DNA of 64,000 nt from Vicinamibacterales bacterium (GTDB lineage Bacteria; Acidobacteriota; Vicinamibacteria; Vicinamibacterales; UBA2999), in assembly GCA_035647075.1 (NCBI GenBank), contig DASROF010000017.1, positions 10,718-74,717 on the forward strand, in the 5' to 3' direction. The position numbers were made by a program, and so were the translations under genes. This document shows, piece by piece, positions 29,986 through 40,099 of this stretch (positions are counted from its first letter, which is position 1; the number at the start of each line of letters is the position of its first letter). The notes under the pieces were generated by a model that was given only the letters and a program-made list of their open reading frames with translations, was not told the origin of the DNA and made no database searches.

Positions 29986-32535
29986 TCATGCGGCCTTGAA
30001 GAAGATGCGCCGATAGCCTCCAGCGATCAGCGCTGAGACGTCGGCCAGCGCGCGCGGCAAGGCGAATCCCCCTGGATATGCGAGATATCGCGGTTCCCAT
30101 GCGGGTGAAAACTTTTCCTTGAAGGCGCGGATGCCCTGGAAGTTGTACAGCTCGGCGCCATGCTCGTAGACGTACTTCGCGAGCACGCCCCACACCACCG
30201 GCCCGTGGACCGGCACCACGCCGGCGAGCGGCGCCATTCCCAGGTTGAACCGCGAGTACCCGCGATCGCGACCCCAGAGCATCACGTGCGCGAACAGTCC
30301 CTCCATCGTTGAGGGAGGCGCGGATAGTCGATATCGCGCCAGATCCAGAGACAACTCATCGCCCGGTCGCCCTGCAAGCAGGTTAGTGAACGCTTCGATG
30401 CGGACATTCCGTTCGAGTACGGCAACGGGACATCGCCGCAGGTAATCCTCGTCGAAGAAGCCCAGCGAGAAGCCCTTCTCCGCGACGGCCTTGCGGGTGA
30501 GCCACTCGTCCGACACCCGGCGCAGCTCCTCCATGCGACAGTTCACTTCACTGGGATCGAGGACCCGGAACCGAAGGCCCTCCCGCTCCAATCGATGGAT
30601 GCTCGTGCGCAACCCTTTGCGCATGCGTCCGTCCAGCGAGAAGTCGCTCAACGACACAACCGCTTCCTCGCCGATCTTCACGTGCGTCAGCCCGAGCCGG
30701 CTGTAGTGCTGCAGATAATCCGGGCGGATCTCATAGGCGACCGGCACGCCGTCGTAGTCGTCCACCCGATCGACAAACGCGCGCAGCAGCCCGGGGACGT
30801 CTTCGGACGGTGCCACGGGATCGTGCAGCATCACCCAGGTGCGGCCCTGAATGGCGTACATGGCGAATCCCGTTCCCGTGGCATTCCAGATCATCGACTT
30901 GTCACCGAGGAGCGCCATGTGCGCATAGGTAAGTGGAAAGCCGCGGGCGATGCTCTGCACGTCGTAGAGCTCGTCGTCCGTCGGAACAGGCGCCGCAGGC
31001 GGCCCGGGCTTGAGCAGGTAGCGAAGTCCGAAGATCAGGACGGCGATTCCGGCGCCGACCGACGCTCGAAGAAACCGCGACGCGTCCGATCGCATTTCGA
31101 ACTGCCACCAGAGCTCCGTCGAGTACTCGATGTGTTTGTACGAGAAGGTCCCCAGAAATACCGACGCGGCCACCACGGCCACGACCGCGGCAAACCAGGG
31201 GGCAGACCAGGGTTCGTCGAACACGGCGGCCTTGCGATCGAAGGTCCGGCGCGCCGAGACCAGCGCGCCCAGGATCACGGCCAGCAGCAGTGCCTCTTCG
31301 TAGTCGCCGCCCTTCAACAGCGACGTCACGATTCCAGCGCCAAGGGCGACGCTCGAGAGCGCCCAGGCGGCAACACTTCGCCGCGCGAGAACGCGCGAGA
31401 GCAGCAGCAACGTCACGCCGATGACGCTGGCAAGGAAATGCGAGGCCTCGAGCAGCGGGAACGGCACGGCGCGCGCCAGCCATGTGAGCCGCGCCTCGAC
31501 CGAGGGCGTCGCTCCCGAGAAGAGCAGCACCGCGCCCGCGAGGAACGTGGCGCCGGCAAATCCCGACGGGCTGATCCACGACTTCATCGCCCCAAGACGT
31601 CCGCTCAGGCGCGCCAGCACCAGGCGGTTCTGGTACGAGCTGTCGATGGCAAGGACCGTGAGCGCGGCCGCAAACGGCGCCAGGTAATACACCGCGCGAT
31701 ACATCAACAACACCGGCACAAGCGTGACGGCGCTGATCGATGGCGCCATCAACAGCACCATGGTCGATTCGAACACGCCCGCTCCCGCCGGGACATGACT
31801 CGCAAGGCCGGCCAGTTGCGCCGCGACGAATGCGCCCGTCATCGTCAGCAGCGATGGCCGGGGATCGGGAAGCAATTCCCACAGAACCGCCGCGGCCAGC
31901 AGCCAATCGGCGATCGACAGGGCGAACTGTGCCGCGATCTGCGCTGGAGTCGGGACATTGAACTGCCACGGCCCGATGCTCAACGATCGGCGCCCAAGCA
32001 GTGGCAGCGCCGCGTAGGCGCCGGCGATGGCGAGAAGTGTGATGCCGAGCACCTGCGGTCCCGGTGCGGGAATCAGCGCTTGCACTGCCGGCGCGGGCGC
32101 GACGAGCAGCGCGGCGCCGCCAAGCGTCAGGAGTCCGAGCCAGAACGTACTCGAGTAGAAAACGACCAGGCGTGCAATCTGACCGGACGACAGACCCCAG
32201 CGCGAATAGAAGCGATACCGCACCGCGGCGCCGGACACGACCGCAAAGCCGACCGCATTGGAGACTGCGTAGGCGATAAAGGAGGTGAGCGCCACCGCCG
32301 CCGCGCGCGGCCGGCGGCCGATGTGATGGAAGGCGAGCTGGTCGAAACAGGTGAGGACGGCGAAGTTCAGGAAGGTGAGCAGACCAGCCGCCCAGATGCG
32401 CCCGGCGGGAATGCTGCGCACCGCGGCGTTCAGCGCCGGCCAGCTGAGGGCGTCAACCTCCCGGCGTAATACGAACAGCGCGGCGATCAGTAGGACGAGG
32501 GAGACGAGCGCCCTGATCGCCGCGCTGAGCTTCAT
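29986..32535 (-). CDS. mprF: Bifunctional lysylphosphatidylglycerol flippase/synthetase
   Basis: An 849-aa protein with a polytopic N-terminal half and a C-terminal aminoacyl-PG synthase domain (YSRFNLGMAPL, NFQGIRAFKEKF). Confidence 0.85.
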   Translation of the reverse strand: MKLSAAIRALVSLVLLIAALFVLRREVDALSWPALNAAVRSIPAGRIWAAGLLTFLNFAVLTCFDQLAFHHIGRRPRAAAVALTSFIAYAVSNAVGFAVVSGAAVRYRFYSRWGLSSGQIARLVVFYSSTFWLGLLTLGGAALLVAPAPAVQALIPAPGPQVLGITLLAIAGAYAALPLLGRRSLSIGPWQFNVPTPAQIAAQFALSIADWLLAAAVLWELLPDPRPSLLTMTGAFVAAQLAGLASHVPAGAGVFESTMVLLMAPSISAVTLVPVLLMYRAVYYLAPFAAALTVLAIDSSYQNRLVLARLSGRLGAMKSWISPSGFAGATFLAGAVLLFSGATPSVEARLTWLARAVPFPLLEASHFLASVIGVTLLLLSRVLARRSVAAWALSSVALGAGIVTSLLKGGDYEEALLLAVILGALVSARRTFDRKAAVFDEPWSAPWFAAVVAVVAASVFLGTFSYKHIEYSTELWWQFEMRSDASRFLRASVGAGIAVLIFGLRYLLKPGPPAAPVPTDDELYDVQSIARGFPLTYAHMALLGDKSMIWNATGTGFAMYAIQGRTWVMLHDPVAPSEDVPGLLRAFVDRVDDYDGVPVAYEIRPDYLQHYSRLGLTHVKIGEEAVVSLSDFSLDGRMRKGLRTSIHRLEREGLRFRVLDPSEVNCRMEELRRVSDEWLTRKAVAEKGFSLGFFDEDYLRRCPVAVLERNVRIEAFTNLLAGRPGDELSLDLARYRLSAPPSTMEGLFAHVMLWGRDRGYSRFNLGMAPLAGVVPVHGPVVWGVLAKYVYEHGAELYNFQGIRAFKEKFSPAWEPRYLAYPGGFALPRALADVSALIAGGYRRIFFKAA

Positions 32536-32547
32536 CAGCGGCTGCGG

Positions 32548-32961
32548 CTACTTCTTAGCCGGCTTGGACGTGGCGACCTGTTTCGGAGCGGGCTTGCCCT
32601 CGACTTGAACCGACTGCACGGTGCGCTGACCGTTCGCCTCGGAGTAGCGAACCTTGACCCGGTCGCCGGTGTGCGACGACAGGTCAGAGGCGCTCATCGT
32701 CTTGGCGCCCATCCGAACAGCGCTGGACGACGACAGCGACAGCGTCTCCGTCCCCTTCCCCGTGTTGACAACGATTGTGTTCGCGCCGGAGTCATACTTA
32801 TCGAGAGTACCCACGACCGAATGCGCCTTTGGTTTCGGGGCGGCGGTCGCCTTTGCCGCGGTCGCTTTGGTCGTCTTGGTTGCTTGTGCCGGTGCAGCGT
32901 AGGTGCTGGCTGCGACCAGAACCGCTGCCGCCGCAAGCGCGCATGTTTTGAACACTGACAT
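32548..32961 (-). CDS. Small secreted Lys/Ala/Thr-rich protein (hypothetical)
   Basis: The start was moved to MSVFKTCALAAAAVLVAASTYAAPA (signal peptide), preceded by GGAGGAAGG. It ends 12 bp upstream of the mprF start on the same strand. Confidence 0.55.
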   Translation of the reverse strand: MSVFKTCALAAAAVLVAASTYAAPAQATKTTKATAAKATAAPKPKAHSVVGTLDKYDSGANTIVVNTGKGTETLSLSSSSAVRMGAKTMSASDLSSHTGDRVKVRYSEANGQRTVQSVQVEGKPAPKQVATSKPAKK

Positions 32962-33025
32962 GGATCCTTCCTCCACCTGCGCTGAGCCTGAGCTGAATGC
33001 GGGCGATGGCAGGCGTAATGGAAAG

Positions 33026-33041
33026 ACCAAGAGGGATGCCA
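33026..33041 (-). promoter_or_regulatory. Sigma-54-like -24/-12 promoter upstream of the small-protein/mprF operon
   Basis: The minus strand reads TGGCATCCCTCTTGGT against the consensus TGGCAC-N5-TTGCW. GG-N10-G spacing is kept, with one mismatch in the -12 GC. It lies about 65 nt upstream of the ATG at 32961. Confidence 0.35.
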
Positions 33042-33070
33042 GCGCAGCAGCGGCGAACGGAACCGGCGAA

Positions 33071-34657
33071 ATGCACGTAATGTCAGAGGCTTCCGGGCAA
33101 ATCGTGGGCGATACCAATGCCGCTTCCACGGCGCACTCCCGCCACACTGGGGCAGGATGGCCGGCCCTTCGCTCGCTCAGACTCAAGCTGATCCTGGCGG
33201 CGGCCTTGTGGATCGCCGTGGTGATCGGTGTCCTGACTGTCGCCGCGCTGGAGCTCGCCGAACGGCGACTTGAACAGGATCTCCGCGAAACCGCCAGGCT
33301 CACCGCCCTCGGCGTCGCGGACGACATCGAGCTGCGCCCTGAATCGCTCAGCGATCCGGCGATGGGCCTGATCCTGCACGAGTTCCTGATCGCCGCCCCG
33401 CAGGTCCGCGATATTGCGTTGTACGCCGTGACCGACGAGGGCCTCAGCTACGCGCAGGGCACGTCCTCGGTTGCTCCGTCCACTATTGATCTGGTCGACG
33501 AAGCGGTGCGCAGCGGGCGCGCCGTGTCCGCCGACCGCCCATCACAGCTGACCGTCGTGGCCACTCCCGTCCTGCGCGACGGTCGAACGATCGGATCGGT
33601 GCGCGTGACGGTGTCTCTCGGGCCGGTTGCGACGTTACGGAAAGATGGACGGATCTTTGCTCTCGCGATCGCGCTGGTGGCCGTCCTTGGCATCACGATT
33701 CTGATTCACCTGTTGACGCAGCGCCTGGTTCACGCGCCGCTCGCCGACGTCGTGCGCAGCGTCGCGCGGGCCAGGACTGGCGACCTGTCCGTTCGCGTGC
33801 CGGTCCTTCGCAACGACGAGATCGGGGATGTCGCCATCGGGATCAACAGCATGCTGACGGAAATCGAATCGCTGCAGACGCACCTCCGTCAACGCGTCGA
33901 GGACGCCACGCATGAACTGCGCGATCGAAACGAGCAGCTCGTTCGCTCCTACCAGAGCGTGCTCGCTCTCCGCGGCGAGCTCTCCCGGGCACGCGAGCTC
34001 GCGACCGTCGGCCAGACGATGGCGAATGTGGCGCATCAGATTGGAACGCCGCTCAACCTGGTCTCGGCGCACGTGCAATTGATGAAGCAAGAGCTGACCG
34101 AGGACCCGGGCGCCACGCGTCGACTGGCCATCGTCGCCGAACAGGTCGACAAGGTGACGGACATCGTGCGGGAGTTGCTCGACCGTGCCCGGCCGCAGAG
34201 CGTGTCCGCGGTGTTCGCCGTCACGCCGCTGCTGACCCGCCTGACCCAGAGCGTGCAGGTCTTCGCCGCGAGCAGCGCGGTACGAGTCTCGCTTCAGGCG
34301 TCAGATGAACTGCCCGCCGTCCTGGGCGATGAGACGCAACTGGAACTCGCGCTGATGAATCTCATCACCAACGCACTCGACGCGATGCCCGAGGGCGGCG
34401 AACTGACGATCACGGCTGCGACGCACGACGGGGCGATCACGGTCGACGTGCGCGATTCCGGTGGAGGGATACCGCCAGCCATCGCCGCGCGGATCTTCGA
34501 GCCCTGGGTGACCTCGAAGCCGGGACGCGGAACCGGCCTGGGCCTCTCGATTACCCGGGATGTCGTTCAGCGTGCCGGGGGCACCATCGAGCTGGTGTCG
34601 TCGCCCGGCCCAGGCACAACGTTCCGCGTGTCGTTACCGGTGGCGAAAACATCATGA
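33071..34657 (+). CDS. Sensor histidine kinase (TM, sensor, HAMP, HisKA, HATPase)
   Basis: HAMP segment (RTGDLSVRVPVLRNDEIGDVAIGINSM), H-box NVAHQIGTPLN, and N/G boxes NLITNALDAM and GTGLGLSI. The start is uncertain (33071 or 33080). Confidence 0.8.
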   Translation: MHVMSEASGQIVGDTNAASTAHSRHTGAGWPALRSLRLKLILAAALWIAVVIGVLTVAALELAERRLEQDLRETARLTALGVADDIELRPESLSDPAMGLILHEFLIAAPQVRDIALYAVTDEGLSYAQGTSSVAPSTIDLVDEAVRSGRAVSADRPSQLTVVATPVLRDGRTIGSVRVTVSLGPVATLRKDGRIFALAIALVAVLGITILIHLLTQRLVHAPLADVVRSVARARTGDLSVRVPVLRNDEIGDVAIGINSMLTEIESLQTHLRQRVEDATHELRDRNEQLVRSYQSVLALRGELSRARELATVGQTMANVAHQIGTPLNLVSAHVQLMKQELTEDPGATRRLAIVAEQVDKVTDIVRELLDRARPQSVSAVFAVTPLLTRLTQSVQVFAASSAVRVSLQASDELPAVLGDETQLELALMNLITNALDAMPEGGELTITAATHDGAITVDVRDSGGGIPPAIAARIFEPWVTSKPGRGTGLGLSITRDVVQRAGGTIELVSSPGPGTTFRVSLPVAKTS

Positions 34658-36018
34658 GCCTGACCAAGCAGATCCTCATCGTCGATGACGACCGCGAGAC
34701 GTGCCGGCTGATCTCCGAGCTGGTTGGCGCACCGGACCGAACGATCGCAGAAGCCGTGTCGGCGCGTGAGGCGCTGAACCAGATCCGACAGCAGCCGTTC
34801 GATCTCGTCATCTCCGACATCAACCTCAATGCCGCGGAGTCCGGCCTCGACATCCTGAAAGAGATGAAGGCCACCCATTCGGCCGGACAGGTGGTGCTGA
34901 TCAGCGCGTTCGGCACGCTGGAGACGGCGGTGGCCGCCGTCCGCTCGGGAGCATTCGACTACATCAGCAAGCCGTTCAACGTGGCTGAGGTGAAGGCAAC
35001 CGTTGAGCGCGCGCTCGCGAAAGGCGCGGAGTCGCCGTTGCCGCTGCACGACGGGGATGAAGTGCCAGCCGGCATGGTCGGGCGCTCCGCCGGCATGCTC
35101 GCCGTCTACAAGCAGATTGCCTATGCCGCCGATTCGTGGGCGCCCGTGCTGGTGACCGGTGAGAGCGGTACCGGCAAGGAACTGGTGGCGCGGGCCATCC
35201 ATCGGCACAGCCGGCGCGCCAGTCGCCCGTTCGTCGCCGTGAATTGCGGCGCGCTGGCGGAGACGCTGCTGGAGTCAGAGCTGTTTGGCCACGTTCGCGG
35301 GTCGTTCACCGGCGCGGTGACGGATCACAAGGGCGTCTTCGAGCAGGCCCACGGCGGAACGGTATTCCTCGACGAGATTGGCGACACGACGCCAGCGCTG
35401 CAGGTGAAGCTGCTCAGGGTGTTGCAGGAGCACGAAGTACGGCCGGTTGGTTCGACGCGGGCGGTTTCAGTCGATGCACGTGTCGTGGCGGCGACAAATG
35501 TCGATCTCGAGCGCGCGGTCACCGAGCATCGTTTCCGCCACGACCTCTACTACCGTCTGAGCGTCGTGGTGATCTCACTGCCACCGCTTCGCGATCGCCG
35601 CGGCGACATCCCGCTGCTCATCCAGCAATTCCTGCACGCGTCTTCGGCGCGTCGCGGCCGGACGGTGGCGATGACAGCCGGCGCCATCGAGGCACTGACG
35701 CGCTACGACTGGCCGGGCAATGTTCGCGAGCTGGAAAACACCATCGAGCGACTCGTCGTCTTCAGCCGCGGCGACATCGATGTCGGCGATCTGCCGCCGA
35801 TGATCACCGCCGCGCGGCCGCTCGAAGAGCGCGTGTTCGAGGGATTGCCGACGCTCGACGAGCTGGAGCGCCGCTATCTGATTCACGTGCTGGACGCCGT
35901 CGGCGGCAATCGCACGCGCGCAGCTGAGGCGCTCGGTATCGATCGCCGGACGCTCTACCGGATGGCCGAGCGCTTCAGCATCGATTTGAATGATGACGGC
36001 GCCAGCAAACCCAGCTGA
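34654..36018 (+). CDS. Sigma-54-dependent response regulator (NtrC family)
   Basis: REC domain (ILIVDDD, DLVISDINL), AAA+ sigma-54 activator domain (GESGTGKELVARAIH, ESELFGH, GSFTGA) and a C-terminal Fis-type HTH. The start overlaps the kinase stop. Confidence 0.88.
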   Translation: MSLTKQILIVDDDRETCRLISELVGAPDRTIAEAVSAREALNQIRQQPFDLVISDINLNAAESGLDILKEMKATHSAGQVVLISAFGTLETAVAAVRSGAFDYISKPFNVAEVKATVERALAKGAESPLPLHDGDEVPAGMVGRSAGMLAVYKQIAYAADSWAPVLVTGESGTGKELVARAIHRHSRRASRPFVAVNCGALAETLLESELFGHVRGSFTGAVTDHKGVFEQAHGGTVFLDEIGDTTPALQVKLLRVLQEHEVRPVGSTRAVSVDARVVAATNVDLERAVTEHRFRHDLYYRLSVVVISLPPLRDRRGDIPLLIQQFLHASSARRGRTVAMTAGAIEALTRYDWPGNVRELENTIERLVVFSRGDIDVGDLPPMITAARPLEERVFEGLPTLDELERRYLIHVLDAVGGNRTRAAEALGIDRRTLYRMAERFSIDLNDDGASKPS

Positions 36019-36035
36019 TTGAGGCAGGGAGGTTA

Positions 36036-36185
36036 CGGAGTAAACGGATTGACAGGAGGAACGGAGGCACGGTGACGCACGGACATTCGGGATGTGGTGA
36101 GCTGCTCGATGCGCCGGTGGCGCGCATCGATTAGCCTCCGTGCGTCTTCGTGTCTCCGTGGCTCCTGTGAAAACCGTTTGCTCCG
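36036..36185. repeat. 150-bp imperfect inverted repeat (about 50-bp arms plus central hairpin)
   Basis: The left arm CGGAGTAAACGGATTGACAGGAGGAACGGAGGCACGGTGACGCACGGA matches the reverse complement of the right arm (CGGAGCAAACGGTTTTCACAGGAGCCACGGAGACACGAAGACGCACGGA) with about 8 mismatches or indels. Central hairpin CGATGCGCC-GGTG-GCGCGCATCG at 36107-36129. Confidence 0.8.
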
Positions 36186-36209
36186 CTACGCTCGGTGACC
36201 TCTACTCAG

Positions 36210-37352
<1,143 letters not shown>

Positions 37353-37468
37353 GTGCCGATCCTAAATCAGAGTGCGGGGGAAGAAATCAGAAGACAGGAT
37401 AGAAAGATCTCGCGATAAGCATCTGCAGACGACATGGATGGATATAATCCGCCCCACAAGGAGCACAC

Positions 37469-38467
37469 ATGCGAGTTGCCCGTCTCGTTGCCGTTGCCCT
37501 GCTGGTGATCGCCGGCCGCGTCTTTACGCCGGACCTCATCGCCCAGGCCAAACCGGTGCCGGCCGACTGCAACCGCGCCTGTCTCGAAGGGCTGATGGAG
37601 CAGTACATCGCGGCGCTGCTCGCGCACGATCCGAAGCGCCTGCCGCTCTCAGCCGACGTGAAATACACCGAGCAGGACCAGGTGATGGACGTGGGCGACG
37701 GTTTCTGGAAGACCGTCACCGGCCGCGGCACCTACAACCACTTCTTCGCCGACCCAGCCGGCGGCCAGGTGGGCTGGATGGGGACGATGCGCGAGAAAGG
37801 CGGGCCGCTGCTCGTCGGGGTACGCCTGCGCGTGCAGCTGGGCCGCATCACCGAGATTGAAAACGGGTTTTTCCGGGCCGGCGGCGGCGGACCGAACAAC
37901 ATCGCCGCCATGGACAAGCTGGGCGGACCCGAGATGCTCTGGCTGCAGCCAATCCCGCCAGCGCAGCGAGCATCGCGCCAGCAGCTGATCAACATCGCCA
38001 ACGCCTACTTCGAAGGGGTGCAGAAGAACGACGGCAAGGGCTTCTATCCATTTACCGACGACTGCGACCGCCTCGAGAACGGCTCACATACGACAAACGT
38101 GCCCGGCTCCAAGCCGACCACTCCGAACTTCAACTACATGGGGTCGGACTGCAAGACGCAATTGCAGAGCGGCTATCTCGCGATCGTCAACAACGTCCAC
38201 CACCGCCGCTTTCCGCTCGTGGACGAGGAGCGCGGCGTCGTCTGGGCAAATTGCACGTTCGACATGGACGGCACCGTCACCCAGATCAAGTTGGCGACGA
38301 CGGGCGAGATTGCGGACATGAGCGGCTTCGCCGGCCGTGCATCGAGCATCCACGTGACCGAGGCGTTCCGGATCGAGAATGGGCTGATCCGCCGGGTCGA
38401 GATGATCGGCACGAGCGTGCCGTATCACTTCAACTCAACGTGGGGGCCGGTGTTAAGCGGGAAATGA
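37469..38467 (+). CDS. Hypothetical secreted protein
   Basis: Signal peptide MRVARLVAVALLVIAG, a coherent 332-aa ORF with typical codon bias. No family was recognised. Confidence 0.55.
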   Translation: MRVARLVAVALLVIAGRVFTPDLIAQAKPVPADCNRACLEGLMEQYIAALLAHDPKRLPLSADVKYTEQDQVMDVGDGFWKTVTGRGTYNHFFADPAGGQVGWMGTMREKGGPLLVGVRLRVQLGRITEIENGFFRAGGGGPNNIAAMDKLGGPEMLWLQPIPPAQRASRQQLINIANAYFEGVQKNDGKGFYPFTDDCDRLENGSHTTNVPGSKPTTPNFNYMGSDCKTQLQSGYLAIVNNVHHRRFPLVDEERGVVWANCTFDMDGTVTQIKLATTGEIADMSGFAGRASSIHVTEAFRIENGLIRRVEMIGTSVPYHFNSTWGPVLSGK

Positions 38468-38489
38468 CCGGTTCACGAGATGTTCAGCA

Positions 38490-38561
38490 TGAACCTTTGA
38501 ACAGGACCTACTGAACTGATTGAACCTATTGAACTTATTGAACCTCGTGGACGGCCTGAAC
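38490..38561. repeat. TGAAC-word array with 9-bp period (TGAACTGAT TGAACCTAT TGAACTTAT TGAACCTCG)
   Basis: Seven TGAAC words within 72 bp of a convergent spacer. Confidence 0.8.
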
Positions 38562-38574
38562 CCCGCGGGGTTCA
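38557..38574. terminator. Perfect palindrome TGAACCCCGCGGGGTTCA between convergent genes
   Basis: An 18-bp perfect dyad overlapping the GT2 stop codon. A bidirectional terminator is plausible, but there is no clear U-tract. Confidence 0.35.
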
Positions 38575-40056
38575 ATCCGTCACCGGCTTCAACACCGGGC
38601 TCTCATCCGCGAACTGCTGAATGATCGAGAGCAGGCCCATGTACAGGAAACCGACCTGGAACAGCACCAGGAACGGAATGGTTCCGTAGATGCCGTTGGC
38701 GAGCGCGTAAAACACGGTGGCGGTGAAGTAGAGGCCGAGTGCGACCTCGATCATCGGCTGGACCAGGAAGCTCTGGCGGTATTTCTTCCCGATCCACTCG
38801 TCGCCGCGCCCCTCAATCCGGTACTTCGGCGTGCGGGCGAACTCGCTCTGCTGGTTGAAGAGCGCCTCGAACACCGCGCGGGTGTTGTTGACGGTGAGGC
38901 CGATGCCGATCGACATCAGGAACGGCAGGTACTTCAGCCTGGTCACCCAGTCTTTGTGCAGCTCGCGCTGGCAGACCATGTAGAAATTCGCCACCGACGC
39001 CGTGGCCGCGAAGAAGAGCGGCACGTCGATCAGCAGCATTTCGTACCACCCCATGTTGTAGCGAATCGCCATCGACGGCCCGAGCAGGACCGACAGCACG
39101 CACATGAGCGGGTAGTTGAAGTTCGCCGTGAGGTGGAAGAACGCTTCCGCCTTCACGCCCAGCGGCACCTTCGCGCGCAGGATCTGCGGCAGCAGCTTGC
39201 GGCAGGTCTGAATCGAACCCTTCGCCCAGCGATGCTGCTGCGACTTGAACGAGTTCATCTCCACCGGCACTTCCGCGGGGGCGATCAGATCGGGAAGGAA
39301 GATGAACTTCCAGCCGCGCAGCTGCGCTCGGTAGCTGAGGTCGAGATCCTCAGTCAGCGTGTCGTGCTGCCAACCACCGGCGTCGGCAATCGCAGCGCGC
39401 CGCCAGATGCCTGCCGTGCCGTTGAAGTTGAAAAACAGACCCGCGCGATTGCGCCCACCGTGCTCGAGCACGAAGTGGCCGTCGAGCAGGATCGACTGGA
39501 TCTTCGTGAGCAGCGAGTAATCCTGATTGATGTGTCCCCATCGCGCCTGTACCATCGCGATGCGATCGTCGCCGAAATACGGAACCGTCTTCTCGAGGAA
39601 GTCGGGCGACGGCATGAAGTCGGCATCGAAGATGGCGATGAAGTCACCTTTGGCCACGTGCATCGCCGCGTCGAGCGCTCCGGCCTTGTAGCCGGTGCGG
39701 TCGGTGCGATGAATGTAGGTGATGTCGATGCCGGCCGCGGCATTGCGCATCACCGCGCGCTCCGCCACATTCTGCGTTTCGTCGGTGGAGTCGTCCAGGA
39801 CCTGGATCTCGAGCAGCTCGCGCGGGTATTGAAGCTGACAGACGGCATCGATCAGCCGATCCGCCACATACATCTCGTTGTAGATCGGAAGCTGGACCGT
39901 GACCTTCGGCAGCCGATCCATGCCTGCAGGGGCCGGATGACGACCCTTGTTCTTCATGTACAGGTAGACCAGGTAATACCGGTGCCACCCGTAGACCGCC
40001 AGAATGACGAGGACGAAAAAATAGGTCGCGAGAACGAGCGTTTCGCCGGGCGTCAT
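38572..40056 (-). CDS. Membrane-integrated processive family-2 glycosyltransferase
   Basis: The start was moved to MTPGETLVLATYFF. GT2 D,D,D motifs (VLDDSTD, FDADF, TEDLDLS) and QQHRWAKG (QxxRW), with flanking TM helices. Confidence 0.8.
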   Translation of the reverse strand: MTPGETLVLATYFFVLVILAVYGWHRYYLVYLYMKNKGRHPAPAGMDRLPKVTVQLPIYNEMYVADRLIDAVCQLQYPRELLEIQVLDDSTDETQNVAERAVMRNAAAGIDITYIHRTDRTGYKAGALDAAMHVAKGDFIAIFDADFMPSPDFLEKTVPYFGDDRIAMVQARWGHINQDYSLLTKIQSILLDGHFVLEHGGRNRAGLFFNFNGTAGIWRRAAIADAGGWQHDTLTEDLDLSYRAQLRGWKFIFLPDLIAPAEVPVEMNSFKSQQHRWAKGSIQTCRKLLPQILRAKVPLGVKAEAFFHLTANFNYPLMCVLSVLLGPSMAIRYNMGWYEMLLIDVPLFFAATASVANFYMVCQRELHKDWVTRLKYLPFLMSIGIGLTVNNTRAVFEALFNQQSEFARTPKYRIEGRGDEWIGKKYRQSFLVQPMIEVALGLYFTATVFYALANGIYGTIPFLVLFQVGFLYMGLLSIIQQFADESPVLKPVTD

Positions 40057-40099
40057 GTGTGAGATTGTGCGGTCAGCACAAAGACGGATTATATGCGAT

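Noticed and set aside
32548-33327. Long N-terminal extensions offered by the ORF track. Examples are the 259-aa version of the small secreted protein, 38572-40236, 51581-52585, 26544-27359, 58708-60204, 2224-3051 and 2880-4262.
   Set aside because: The extensions are Arg/Ser-rich, overlap neighbouring genes or divergent promoters, and precede internal Met codons. Those Met codons give canonical N-termini (signal peptides or conserved family starts), often with an SD or an ATGA overlap.
36036-36185. Annotating the 150-bp inverted repeat as a mobile element (MITE).
   Set aside because: No target-site duplication, second copy or transposase is visible in this window. It is kept as a repeat and flagged for a genome-wide copy search.
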